A stretch of DNA of 64,000 bases from an uncultured Bacilli bacterium (lineage in GTDB: Bacteria > Bacillota_I > Bacilli_A > RFN20 > CAG-826): contig CALVPP010000001.1 of assembly GCA_944351395.1 (NCBI GenBank), forward strand, positions 7,293 to 71,292, written 5' to 3'. Both the position numbers and the translations under genes were made by a program. The notes below the pieces were generated by a model. That model worked only from the letters and a program-made list of their open reading frames with translations, did not search any database and was not told where the DNA came from. Below, piece after piece: positions 46,722 to 55,290 of the stretch (the first letter of the stretch is position 1; each line of letters starts with the position of its first letter).

Positions 46722-47486
46722 ATGGCAATTGATACAGTGGATAATATTATCGTTCAATGGTTCAATAGTGGCTTTGGTGGTTCACTAGTGGGCTATGAAT
46801 GGCTTGGCAACCTCATCCTTTGTTTTTTATGTATCCTCATGACCATCATCCTTTCTGGTATCATCGGTTTTGAAAGGGAATATAATGGTCACTCAGCAGG
46901 ATTAAGAACACATATACTCGTCTCACTAGGGTCATGTCTCATCATGATCGTTTCGATATATGGTTTTAATGTTTTTAGTGGTGGTGAATTTGCTAATCGT
47001 GACCCTGCTAGACTTGCTGCTCAAGTAATCACTGGTATCGGTTTCTTAGGTGCTGGTACAATCGTTCAAACTGGTATTAGCGTCAAAGGCTTAACGACTG
47101 CGACTACTTTATGGCTATCGATGGCGGTAGGACTTGCTGCTGGAAGTGGTAATCTCGTCTTAGCGACTTTGACTACACTAGTGGCAATGAGTGTTCTCAT
47201 CATGCTTCGTCGTTTTGAAAGATTTGCCGCACGCAAAAACCCAATTATTACTATCGTCGTTCCAAGTGGGATGCCTTTCATTAAACAACTTCTTTCAGTT
47301 GGTTCTAGGTTTGGAGTAAATATTCGCGATGTCGATTCTCAAATCGTACAATTGGATGGTAATGAAGCACTTAGAGTAAATATTAGATGTTCAAAAGTTT
47401 CTAAAGCTTCGATGACTGCTTTTATGGATGAACTAAGACAAGCCATAAAACCTCTTGAAATTCATATCTCAACCGGTCTTATCTAA
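46722..47486 (+). CDS. mgtC: MgtC/SapB family membrane protein
   Basis: 254 aa with an MgtC N-terminal TM domain (GIGFLGAG) and a C-terminal ACT-like domain. Confidence 0.7.
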   Translation: MAIDTVDNIIVQWFNSGFGGSLVGYEWLGNLILCFLCILMTIILSGIIGFEREYNGHSAGLRTHILVSLGSCLIMIVSIYGFNVFSGGEFANRDPARLAAQVITGIGFLGAGTIVQTGISVKGLTTATTLWLSMAVGLAAGSGNLVLATLTTLVAMSVLIMLRRFERFAARKNPIITIVVPSGMPFIKQLLSVGSRFGVNIRDVDSQIVQLDGNEALRVNIRCSKVSKASMTAFMDELRQAIKPLEIHISTGLI

Positions 47487-47503
47487 AAGATGAGACTTTT
47501 TTC
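47475..47503 (+). terminator. Intrinsic terminator
   Basis: GGTCTTATC-taaaa-GATGAGAC followed by TTTTTTCT. Confidence 0.5.
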
Positions 47504-47512
47504 TATCCAAGT

Positions 47513-48235
47513 ATGTCAATATATATCTATGGGAAAAAAGCTTGCGAAGAAGCCTTGAAGGCGAAAACTCTTCAAAAAGTTTTTGTGACTGAAGTCGTTC
47601 TTAATAAGAATTATCGAGAAATATTAGAAAGATTGGATGTTCCTTATGAAATTAAAACACGGGAACAATTAGACAAGATGAGCGCTCACCAAGTACACCA
47701 AGGTATCATCGGTATTGTCAAAGATTATGTATACTATCGATTAGATGATTTATTAAAAAATATCGACAAAAAGAATGACGCACTATTACTTATCTTAGAT
47801 GGTATATTAGATCCATATAACTTAGGTGCTATATTTAGAAGTGCAGCGGCTTTTAATGTCGATGGGGTCATCTTGCGCGACGATAGGCAAGCTCCAATCA
47901 CGCCGGTCGTTTATAAGGTAAGTGCAGGTGCTATGAGTCACTTAAAAATTTGTCAGGTAAAGAACATTAACACCACATTAGATATATTAAAAGATCATGG
48001 TTTTTGGTCATATGCAACAAGTGATCACGCTATCGATTCGATGTACGATTTAGATTATAACGGCAAGGTTGCTTTAATCGTAGGAAATGAAGGCAAAGGC
48101 ATTTCTAATTTAACGTTAAAAAAAGCCGATTTTTGCGTCAAAATCCCATTAGATGGCCCTATTCCTTGTCTTAATGTCACTAGTGCTACATCTATCTTTC
48201 TTGCTCACATCAGCCACATTTTAAAATCCCATTAG
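47513..48235 (+). CDS. rlmB: 23S rRNA (Gm2251) 2'-O-methyltransferase RlmB/TrmH family
   Basis: 240 aa SpoU-type methyltransferase. Its position after cysS matches Bacillus yacO. Confidence 0.7.
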   Translation: MSIYIYGKKACEEALKAKTLQKVFVTEVVLNKNYREILERLDVPYEIKTREQLDKMSAHQVHQGIIGIVKDYVYYRLDDLLKNIDKKNDALLLILDGILDPYNLGAIFRSAAAFNVDGVILRDDRQAPITPVVYKVSAGAMSHLKICQVKNINTTLDILKDHGFWSYATSDHAIDSMYDLDYNGKVALIVGNEGKGISNLTLKKADFCVKIPLDGPIPCLNVTSATSIFLAHISHILKSH

Positions 48236-48247
48236 AAAGTAGGTTTT

Positions 48248-48904
48248 ATGTCATTTGCTCTCCTTAATGATGAGTATCTCATCTATCTTTCGCGTCGTCA
48301 TAAATTCGATGCTTTTAACATCATTTATAAGCGCTATATTTCTTATAGCCAAACGTATTTAAGGCGTTACTTTCAGAATCTTGATTTATATTTAACAAAA
48401 GACGAAATTTTTTCTACCATCGTAAGTGTTTTCATCTATTCCTTAAAGCGCTTTAATTTTTCGCAAGGAAATTTTTATTCTTATTGGGTCACTCTTTTGC
48501 GTAACCGCTTTTTAAATGAAGTACGCGATAGAAAAAATAGATTAGAAAAATTAAATGGCTTCAATTATATTTCTTTGGATGAAAAGATAAGAACTAGAAA
48601 TGATGATGATACGATTAAGGTATATCATGAGATATTCGGCGTAAACGATGATCCAGCACTAGAATTTAGTGCTAAAGATACTTTAAGATTAGCGGTCTTC
48701 GACTCAAAGAAAGTGACTAAACTCGATAAAGAAATTCTCATGTTCTATCTAGATGGATACGAGATGATAAATATTTCTAAAATGTTAAAGATTAATGTTA
48801 AACAAGTTAGACGTGTTGTAGCCAGACTTAAAGATACTTACGCTAGCTTTTTAGAAGCTTATCGAATGTGTGACAAAAAGGCAAAAAGTAATTTCGAGAA
48901 TTAA
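48248..48904 (+). CDS. sigH: Divergent sigma-70-family factor, SigH-like by synteny
   Basis: 218 aa. It has a region-2-like segment (FYSYWVTLLRNRFLNEVRD) and a region-4 HTH. It sits between rlmB and rpmG-secE-nusG, as sigH does in Bacillus. Confidence 0.55.
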   Translation: MSFALLNDEYLIYLSRRHKFDAFNIIYKRYISYSQTYLRRYFQNLDLYLTKDEIFSTIVSVFIYSLKRFNFSQGNFYSYWVTLLRNRFLNEVRDRKNRLEKLNGFNYISLDEKIRTRNDDDTIKVYHEIFGVNDDPALEFSAKDTLRLAVFDSKKVTKLDKEILMFYLDGYEMINISKMLKINVKQVRRVVARLKDTYASFLEAYRMCDKKAKSNFEN

Positions 48905-48924
48905 CATCATAATCAATTTATAAA

Positions 48925-48953
48925 TTGACAACCATTTTATCATTGTGTATATT
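48925..48953 (+). promoter_or_regulatory. Promoter for rpmG-secE-nusG
   Basis: TTGACA, a 17-nt spacer, then TATATT. Confidence 0.55.
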
Positions 48954-48974
48954 GTTTTAGCGAGTTAGTTTTTT

Positions 48975-49121
48975 ATGCGTGGAAAAATAATAATGATCTG
49001 CGAGGAATGTCATTCGAGAAATTACTCGATGCACAAATCAGAAAACGTCAAAGAAAGACTAATTCTCAAAAAATATTGTCCGCATTGTAATAAGCAGACA
49101 CTGCATAAAGAGAGCAGATAG
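48975..49121 (+). CDS. rpmG: 50S ribosomal protein L33
   Basis: 48 aa, MRGKIIMICEECHSRNYSMHK...YCPHCNKQTLHKESR, with a CxxC...CxxC zinc ribbon. Not in the ORF track. Confidence 0.85.
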   Translation: MRGKIIMICEECHSRNYSMHKSENVKERLILKKYCPHCNKQTLHKESR

Positions 49122-49134
49122 GAGTGGTCGTCTT

Positions 49135-49335
49135 ATGGGAATGAAAAAATATTTTACTGAAGTAGTTAGAGAGGGCAAAAGGGTACGTTGGCCATCAACT
49201 GATCAATTGTTACCAGCTTTAGGTGTCGTTTTAGTCATCGCTATCTTTACTGCTGTTTTTCTCATGATTGAAGATTTAGCTTCAGGCGTTCTCATTCAAC
49301 AACTCCGTATCGCTTTTGAAAGCATGAGAGGTTAA
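49135..49335 (+). CDS. secE: Preprotein translocase subunit SecE
   Basis: 66 aa with a single TM segment. Located upstream of nusG. Confidence 0.85.
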   Translation: MGMKKYFTEVVREGKRVRWPSTDQLLPALGVVLVIAIFTAVFLMIEDLASGVLIQQLRIAFESMRG

Positions 49336-49341
49336 TCTCCT

Positions 49342-49905
49342 ATGGCAAATGAAGAAAAACAATTAGGTGAAAAGGCGTGGTACGTCGTCTCTACTTATAG
49401 TGGTAATGAAGAAAAAGTAAGGGACGCTTTAGAAAGAAGAAGAGAGACATTTAATCTCCAACCTTACATTTATCGTATTATCGTCGCTACTCAAGAAGAA
49501 CAAGTTATTAAAGATGGCGTTGTTACTGACCAAACACGCAAGAAAAATTTATATCCTTGCTATGTCTTCATCGAGATGATCATGACTGATGAGGCTTGGT
49601 ATATGGTAAGAAATACCCCAGGTGTTACTGGTTTCGTCGGTTCATCCGGTGGCGGTGCTAAACCTTTCCCAGTCCCAGCAGAACAGATAGAACCTGTACT
49701 CAAACGTATGGGTATGGTCGACAGCGCTATGTACGATCGATATAACGTCGGTGATAATGTTAAAGTTATTCATGGTGCGTTAGAAGGTACCGAAGGTAGG
49801 ATTACAAATATAGATCGTGAAACTGGTCAAGTGCGTGTGGAAACTATTTTCTTCGGTCGTGTTACCCCAGTGGATGTCGATTTCTCTGAAATTGAAAAAA
49901 TTTAA
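49342..49905 (+). CDS. nusG: Transcription termination/antitermination factor NusG
   Basis: 187 aa with NGN and KOW domains. Confidence 0.94.
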   Translation: MANEEKQLGEKAWYVVSTYSGNEEKVRDALERRRETFNLQPYIYRIIVATQEEQVIKDGVVTDQTRKKNLYPCYVFIEMIMTDEAWYMVRNTPGVTGFVGSSGGGAKPFPVPAEQIEPVLKRMGMVDSAMYDRYNVGDNVKVIHGALEGTEGRITNIDRETGQVRVETIFFGRVTPVDVDFSEIEKI

Positions 49906-49930
49906 TCATAATTATTAAAATTTATATTAG

Positions 49931-49964
49931 GACTATCAATCTAACTAGGTTGATAGTTTTTTTA
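49931..49964 (+). terminator. Intrinsic terminator after nusG
   Basis: Perfect 8-bp stem ACTATCAA...TTGATAGT followed by T7. Confidence 0.7.
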
Positions 49965-50012
49965 TATTTAAGTCGAATTGATAATAAATATGAATCACCA
50001 TTCATTTTTTTA

Positions 50013-50042
50013 TTGACATATATGAATGTCTGTTCATATAAT
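50013..50042 (+). promoter_or_regulatory. Promoter with embedded inverted-repeat operator (ArsR/SmtB-type)
   Basis: TTGACA (50013-50018), an 18-nt spacer, then TATAAT (50037-50042). The spacer is the palindrome ATATGAAtgtctgTTCATAT. Confidence 0.6.
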
Positions 50043-50060
50043 AGCTTCGAGGTGCTTAGT

Positions 50061-50375
50061 ATGGTAGATAGAAAAATAGATGATCAAACGATTGAAAAGA
50101 TGGAAGAATTGCTTAACGTAGCTAGTGATTTTACTCGCTTAAAAATTATGCATGCATTATTGCAAGGGGAGAAAAATGTTGGTGAACTCATAGAAGAAGT
50201 AGGAGCGTCACAGTCATTAGTATCCCATCAATTACAAGTTTTAAGAAAAAATAGACTTGTTAGCGTGCGTAAGGATGGCACACGTGCATATTATATTCTT
50301 AACGATGAACACATAAATAAATTGTTTGAAGTAGTGTATGAACACGTCAAAGAAAAAGAAGAAACGGGTGAATAA
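50061..50375 (+). CDS. ArsR/SmtB-family metal-responsive transcriptional repressor
   Basis: 104 aa with a wHTH (QSLVSHQLQVLRKNRLV). RBS GAGGTG. The ORF track start is upstream. Confidence 0.75.
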   Translation: MVDRKIDDQTIEKMEELLNVASDFTRLKIMHALLQGEKNVGELIEEVGASQSLVSHQLQVLRKNRLVSVRKDGTRAYYILNDEHINKLFEVVYEHVKEKEETGE

Positions 50376-50378
50376 TTT

Positions 50379-52508
50379 ATGCAAGAAACTTATATCTTAA
50401 AAAATGTTCCATTAGATGTAGATTCATCATCTTTTAACATCGCTTTTAAAAAATGTAAGAGCATTAAAAAATGTAATGTCGATTTAGATTCATCTCGTCT
50501 AGTCGTTGATTACGTGGACGAACCATTATCTCTACATAAATTAAATAAAATACTAAAAAAAGAAGTTGAAAAAAATATCATTATTGAATATTTGTCGAAT
50601 AAACAATCTAATAAAGAAAAAATTATTGGAGGTGAGGAAATATTTCTCATCATTCGCGTTTTAACTGCAACAATTTTGCTTGTCATTGCTTGGTCTTATT
50701 TATCTAATCTAACTTTATTCCCTTGGTATGTAAGTTTTATCGTCTCTTTAATCGCTTGGTTAATAGTTAGTTACGATACAATTTTTGAATTAATTATGAC
50801 TATTGTTCATAAAGAAAATCCCATCGATGAAAATTTGCTCATGCTGCTCGCTAGTGTGGGTGCCTTTGCAATACAAGAATATCATGAAGGGTGCCTCGTC
50901 ATGATTTTAAAACAAATTGGAGAGTTATTTGAACACGTCTCTTTGCATCGTTCAAAGAACGCAATCGTTGATGCGACGGATTTAAGAGCGAAGACCGCGA
51001 ATATATTAAAAGATGGCGCACTCACTACTGTGCGTGCAGAAGATGTAAAAATTGGGGATATAATCGTCGTCAAAGTTGGTGAAGTTTTCCCGTGCGATGG
51101 TGAAATTATCGATGGAGAAGGTCGAGTTAATACTTCGTCTTTAACTGGCGAATCATATCCACGCAGTGTTAAGATAGGCGATGAGACATTGTCGGGTTAT
51201 GTATTAGAAAGTGGTTCTATTACGCTAAGAGTAAATAAGGCATATGAAGATTCTGCTATTTCAAAAGTGATAGAATTAGTTACAAAATCGAACGAGAATA
51301 AATCGAAAACCGAAACATTTATTTCTAAATTTGCAAAAATTTATACCCCAGTAGTCACTCTATTAGCATTATTGGTATTGCTCATCGGCGGTGGAGTTAC
51401 AGGCAATTGGGTTGATTGGACATATAACGCCTTAAACTTTTTAGTCATCGGTTGTCCTTGCTCTATTGTAATAAGTATTCCTTTAGCATATTTTACTGGT
51501 ATCGGATTAGCCTCAAAAAATGGAGTGGTGGTTAAAGGTGGTAATTATTTAGATGCTTTAAATGCGATGCAAACTCTTTATTATGATAAGACAGGAACGA
51601 TTACACAAGGAAAGTTTAGCCTCGTTCGTTATGAATTCGTAAATATGGAGGAGAAAGAGTTTTTAGAGACTATATATAGAATTGAAAGAAGATCAAACCA
51701 TCCCATAGCTAAAGCTATTATCGATGATTTAAATCTTAATATAAAAAGTGATTTTAAAGGTAAGAGCGATGAATTAGCGGGTTATGGAATGGTCGCTAAT
51801 TATAAAGGTAAAGAGACGTTAATCGGTTCAAAAAAACTCATGGAAAAATATCATATAAGTTTACCTGTAGTTGAATCAAAAGGCACGATTATATATCTAG
51901 CTATCGAAGGTCAATATCGAGGCTATTTGGTCCTTGATGATAAGTTGAAGATGGACGCTAAAGAATTTGTCGAAGGACTATACGACAATTATGTTCGCGG
52001 TGTTATGCTCACAGGCGACTTAGATAAGAGTGCAAGTAGAGTAGCGAATGAATTAGGAATTAAATATTACCACAGCGAACTTCTTCCAGAAGAAAAATTA
52101 AAATATTTAGAAGATGATATTAAAGAAAATCCTAAAAAAGTCATCGGTTTCATGGGGGATGGAGTAAATGACGCCCCATGTATAGCGAGAGCTAATGTTG
52201 GTATTGCCATGGGCGGATTAGGAAGTGATGTGACAGTAGAAAACGCTGACGTCGTCATCATGGATGATAAGCCGACACGTGTTAATGATGCAATTAAAGT
52301 AGCAAGAGCGACGAGATTAAGAGCGATAGTGGATATTTTAGTTTCTCTCATCGTAAAAGTGACAATTATGATTTTAAGTTTGTTTGGTCTCGTTCCGATG
52401 TGGGTTGCAGTACTTTGTGATACTGGTCTAAGCGTCATTCTTATCGTGTATAGTGTTCTTCTCATTAAGAAAAAAATACATAAAAAGAAACAAATTTTTG
52501 TCGAATGA
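50379..52508 (+). CDS. Heavy-metal-translocating P1B-type ATPase (Cd/Zn/Co-type)
   Basis: 709 aa with the CPC transmembrane metal site (GCPCSIV), the DKTGT phosphorylation motif and GDGVNDAP. There is an HMA-like N-terminus but no canonical CxxC. Confidence 0.85.
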   Translation: MQETYILKNVPLDVDSSSFNIAFKKCKSIKKCNVDLDSSRLVVDYVDEPLSLHKLNKILKKEVEKNIIIEYLSNKQSNKEKIIGGEEIFLIIRVLTATILLVIAWSYLSNLTLFPWYVSFIVSLIAWLIVSYDTIFELIMTIVHKENPIDENLLMLLASVGAFAIQEYHEGCLVMILKQIGELFEHVSLHRSKNAIVDATDLRAKTANILKDGALTTVRAEDVKIGDIIVVKVGEVFPCDGEIIDGEGRVNTSSLTGESYPRSVKIGDETLSGYVLESGSITLRVNKAYEDSAISKVIELVTKSNENKSKTETFISKFAKIYTPVVTLLALLVLLIGGGVTGNWVDWTYNALNFLVIGCPCSIVISIPLAYFTGIGLASKNGVVVKGGNYLDALNAMQTLYYDKTGTITQGKFSLVRYEFVNMEEKEFLETIYRIERRSNHPIAKAIIDDLNLNIKSDFKGKSDELAGYGMVANYKGKETLIGSKKLMEKYHISLPVVESKGTIIYLAIEGQYRGYLVLDDKLKMDAKEFVEGLYDNYVRGVMLTGDLDKSASRVANELGIKYYHSELLPEEKLKYLEDDIKENPKKVIGFMGDGVNDAPCIARANVGIAMGGLGSDVTVENADVVIMDDKPTRVNDAIKVARATRLRAIVDILVSLIVKVTIMILSLFGLVPMWVAVLCDTGLSVILIVYSVLLIKKKIHKKKQIFVE

Positions 52509-52747
52509 TAGATACACTATTAATAAAATAAATAAATTTTTTATAAATGATTTTAAAAATTAGTTTCACTGACAATTATAAAATCATAAAATTATTAATT
52601 TTGACTCAAATTAAACTATTATTTAAACGTATTTTTCCTCTTGAATTGATTTTAAAAACGAAATTTCTTAGCAAATATGATGAGCGAAAATAAAATGTTT
52701 CACATTGTAAAATAATTTTAATCATCAATACTTATTATAAAAAGTCT

Positions 52748-52776
52748 TTGACTTCACGCACACGTTTAATTAAAAT
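52748..52776 (+). promoter_or_regulatory. rplK-rplA promoter
   Basis: TTGACT, a 17-nt spacer, then TAAAAT. A ~115-nt leader follows, with RBS AGGAGG. Confidence 0.5.
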
Positions 52777-52891
52777 ATGCAAAGCGTGCTTTCGTTCACA
52801 CACGTATAAGCACATATGTTTGTGGGAGGATATTGCGAGTATCCAAAAAAACAACCACAACCACAAAAAATTACTTTAGGAGGTAAGTCAC

Positions 52892-53305
52892 GTGGCAAAG
52901 AAAATCGCAAAAGTCGTGAAGATGGAACTTGAAGGTGGTAACGCCAAACCAGGTCCAAAACTTGCTTCAGCTGGTATCGTGATGCCAAAATTTTGTACTG
53001 ATTTCAACGCTAAGACGGCTGATCGTCGTGGTGAAATCGTGCCAGTCATCATTACTGCTTATGAAGATAAGTCCTTCGATTTCGTCATCAAGACTTCACC
53101 TGTAGCTGGTTTATTGCTCAAGGCTGCAGGCATTCAAAAGGGTTCGGCTAACCCAAAAACGACCAAAGTTGGTCATATTAGCCGTGAGCAATTGAAGAAG
53201 ATTGCCGAATATAAACTCGTCGATCTTAACTGCGATGATGTCGAGGCCGCAATGCGTATCATTGAAGGCTCTGCAAGAAATATGGGCATCGTCGTCGATG
53301 ATTAA
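52892..53305 (+). CDS. rplK: 50S ribosomal protein L11 (divergent N-terminal domain)
   Basis: 137 aa with a GTG start. The conserved [11 protein letters not shown] segment is replaced by [10 protein letters not shown]. Confidence 0.92.
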   Translation: MAKKIAKVVKMELEGGNAKPGPKLASAGIVMPKFCTDFNAKTADRRGEIVPVIITAYEDKSFDFVIKTSPVAGLLLKAAGIQKGSANPKTTKVGHISREQLKKIAEYKLVDLNCDDVEAAMRIIEGSARNMGIVVDD

Positions 53306-53346
53306 GTGGGAGAGTCGTTCCGCTCGTTTGGACCACTGGAGGTTTT

Positions 53347-54030
53347 ATGAAAAAAGGAAAGAAATATGTGAAAGCGGCTGCTTTGGTAGAAAAAGGAAAA
53401 CTTTATACCATTAGCGAAGCAGCAAAACTTGTTAAGGAAACTTCGACGACCAAATTTGATGCAACCGTCGATATGTCCTTCCATCTCAACATCGACCCAA
53501 AACAAGCTGATCAACAACTTCGTGGGACGATTAATCTTCCCCACGGTAATGGTAAAGTCGTTCGCGTCTTAGCTATTACTCATAAGGTCGATGAAGCTTT
53601 ATCCGCTGGTGCTGATTTTGCTGGCGGCAAGGAAATGCTTGAGAAGATTCAAAAAGAAAACTGGTTCGACTATGATGTCATCGTCGCTACACCTGACATG
53701 ATGGGCGAATTAGGTAAGTTAGGTCGTATCTTAGGTCCTAAAGGTTTGATGCCAAACCCGAAGACTGGTACTGTTACCATGGATATTGCCAAAGCTGTTA
53801 CCGAAATTAAAGCTGGTAAAGTGCAATATCGTACTGATCGTGATGGTAACATCCACGTCTCCATCGGTCGAGTTTCATTCGATGATGCAAAACTTATCGA
53901 TAACATGCAAGCTCTATTGAATCACATCGTGAGAATTAGACCTAGTGCTGTTAAAGGCAATTACATCTTAACGTGTGTAGTTCACACGACAATGGGTCCT
54001 TCCGTCCCGCTACTAGTTAGCACGAAATAA
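53347..54030 (+). CDS. rplA: 50S ribosomal protein L1
   Basis: 227 aa. Confidence 0.95.
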   Translation: MKKGKKYVKAAALVEKGKLYTISEAAKLVKETSTTKFDATVDMSFHLNIDPKQADQQLRGTINLPHGNGKVVRVLAITHKVDEALSAGADFAGGKEMLEKIQKENWFDYDVIVATPDMMGELGKLGRILGPKGLMPNPKTGTVTMDIAKAVTEIKAGKVQYRTDRDGNIHVSIGRVSFDDAKLIDNMQALLNHIVRIRPSAVKGNYILTCVVHTTMGPSVPLLVSTK

Positions 54031-54213
54031 GGACTCCATCACATTTGTTGGCGAGCATTCAATATACCGAAGACCGCAACGGCTGAAGTTAGGCTTAATA
54101 ATGTTGCCGAGGGAAGAATGTAAGACATTCATCTCACTGTGTGAGATTGACCATAATACGTATATTGAAAGCCTCATATAAAAAAACTACTTAGAAGGAG
54201 GTGAAAATTAACG
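54031..54213 (+). promoter_or_regulatory. L10 (rplJ) autoregulatory leader RNA, putative
   Basis: A 183-nt GC-enriched structured gap between rplA and rplJ. The position matches the Firmicutes L10 leader. RBS GGAGGTG. Confidence 0.45.
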
Positions 54214-54702
54214 ATGAATCAAAATGTACTTAAAGCCAAAGAAGAACTCGTGAACAAGATTGCGAATGACGTCAAAGAAAATCCTTCTTTAACGATTGTC
54301 GAATATCGTGGTCTAAGCGTGAGTGAAATTAGTGACTTGAGAAAGCAACTTAAAAAAGTAGATGCTTCAATGACAGTTTATAAAAATTCACTCGTCGAAC
54401 GAGCCGCGGCTAATCTAGGTTATGATGGTTTGAATGAATGGCTCAAAGGACCTAATGCTTACGTCTTATCAAAAGATGTCATCACTGGTTCAAAAGTTCT
54501 CATTAAATTTGCACGTCGTAACCCCAAACTCGTCGTTAAAGGTGGTGTCGCCGAAGGCCAAATCGTCGATGCTGCAAAACTCAAAGAACTTAGTAAGTTA
54601 CCAGGAAGAGATGGTCTCTATTCTATGTTCTTAAGTGTGCTACAAGCACCAATCCGTCAATTCGCTTGTGCTGTTAAAGCGATTGCAGACAAACAAAACT
54701 AA
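54214..54702 (+). CDS. rplJ: 50S ribosomal protein L10
   Basis: 162 aa. Confidence 0.94.
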   Translation: MNQNVLKAKEELVNKIANDVKENPSLTIVEYRGLSVSEISDLRKQLKKVDASMTVYKNSLVERAAANLGYDGLNEWLKGPNAYVLSKDVITGSKVLIKFARRNPKLVVKGGVAEGQIVDAAKLKELSKLPGRDGLYSMFLSVLQAPIRQFACAVKAIADKQN

Positions 54703-54727
54703 TTAGCTAAAAGGAGGAAATGCAATT

Positions 54728-55108
54728 ATGGCTAAATTAACGAAAGAAGAAATTATCGCATCTCTTAAAGAGATGACTATTGTTGAACTCAATGACTTAG
54801 TGCACGCCATCGAAGAAGAATTTGGTGTCACTGCTGCTGCTCCTGTCGGTGTCGCTGCTGCAGCTCCAGCAGAAGAAGAAGGCCCAGCACAAGGACCAAC
54901 CGAAGTTACTTTAACTCTTACCAAACCTGGTCAAAGCAAAGTTGCTGTCATTAAAGCTGTTCAAGCAATTACTGGCTTAGGCTTAATGGATGCGAAGAAA
55001 TTAGTCGATGCTGCTCCAGCAGTCATCAAAGAAAAAATCTCCCCAGTCGAAGCTGAAGAGCATAAGAAAGCTCTCGTCGCCGCTGGTGCAGAAGTTGAAA
55101 TTAAATAA
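54728..55108 (+). CDS. rplL: 50S ribosomal protein L7/L12
   Basis: 126 aa with an Ala-rich hinge. Confidence 0.96.
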   Translation: MAKLTKEEIIASLKEMTIVELNDLVHAIEEEFGVTAAAPVGVAAAAPAEEEGPAQGPTEVTLTLTKPGQSKVAVIKAVQAITGLGLMDAKKLVDAAPAVIKEKISPVEAEEHKKALVAAGAEVEIK

Positions 55109-55128
55109 GTTTAATTCTAATTATTTTT

Positions 55129-55176
55129 GCTCTTCTAAGGGGGTATTATCGCCTTCTTAGAAGAGCGTTTGTGTTT
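55129..55176 (+). terminator. Attenuator/terminator hairpin between rplL and rpoB
   Basis: GCTCTTCTAAG...CTTAGAAGAGC 11-bp stem followed by a GTTTGTGTTT tract. Confidence 0.5.
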
Positions 55177-55290
55177 AAAATTGTCTATTTCACTATGTAA
55201 TAGTGTTTTGATAAATAGAAACATATTGTTGGCCTATCGCTAGTCACATAAATTAAATAGCGAAGCTTAAATAAGTAAAGGAGCCATTAT

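Noticed and set aside
49931-52890. Mobile element or IS flanking the ArsR-ATPase insertion
   Set aside because: There are no transposase, integrase, inverted-terminal or direct repeats. GC content is similar to the surroundings, so it cannot be called a mobile element.
52509-52890. tRNA or small RNA gene in the long AT-rich intergenic region
   Set aside because: The sequence is extremely AT-rich, with no cloverleaf-compatible GC stems. It is more likely a promoter and leader region for rplK.
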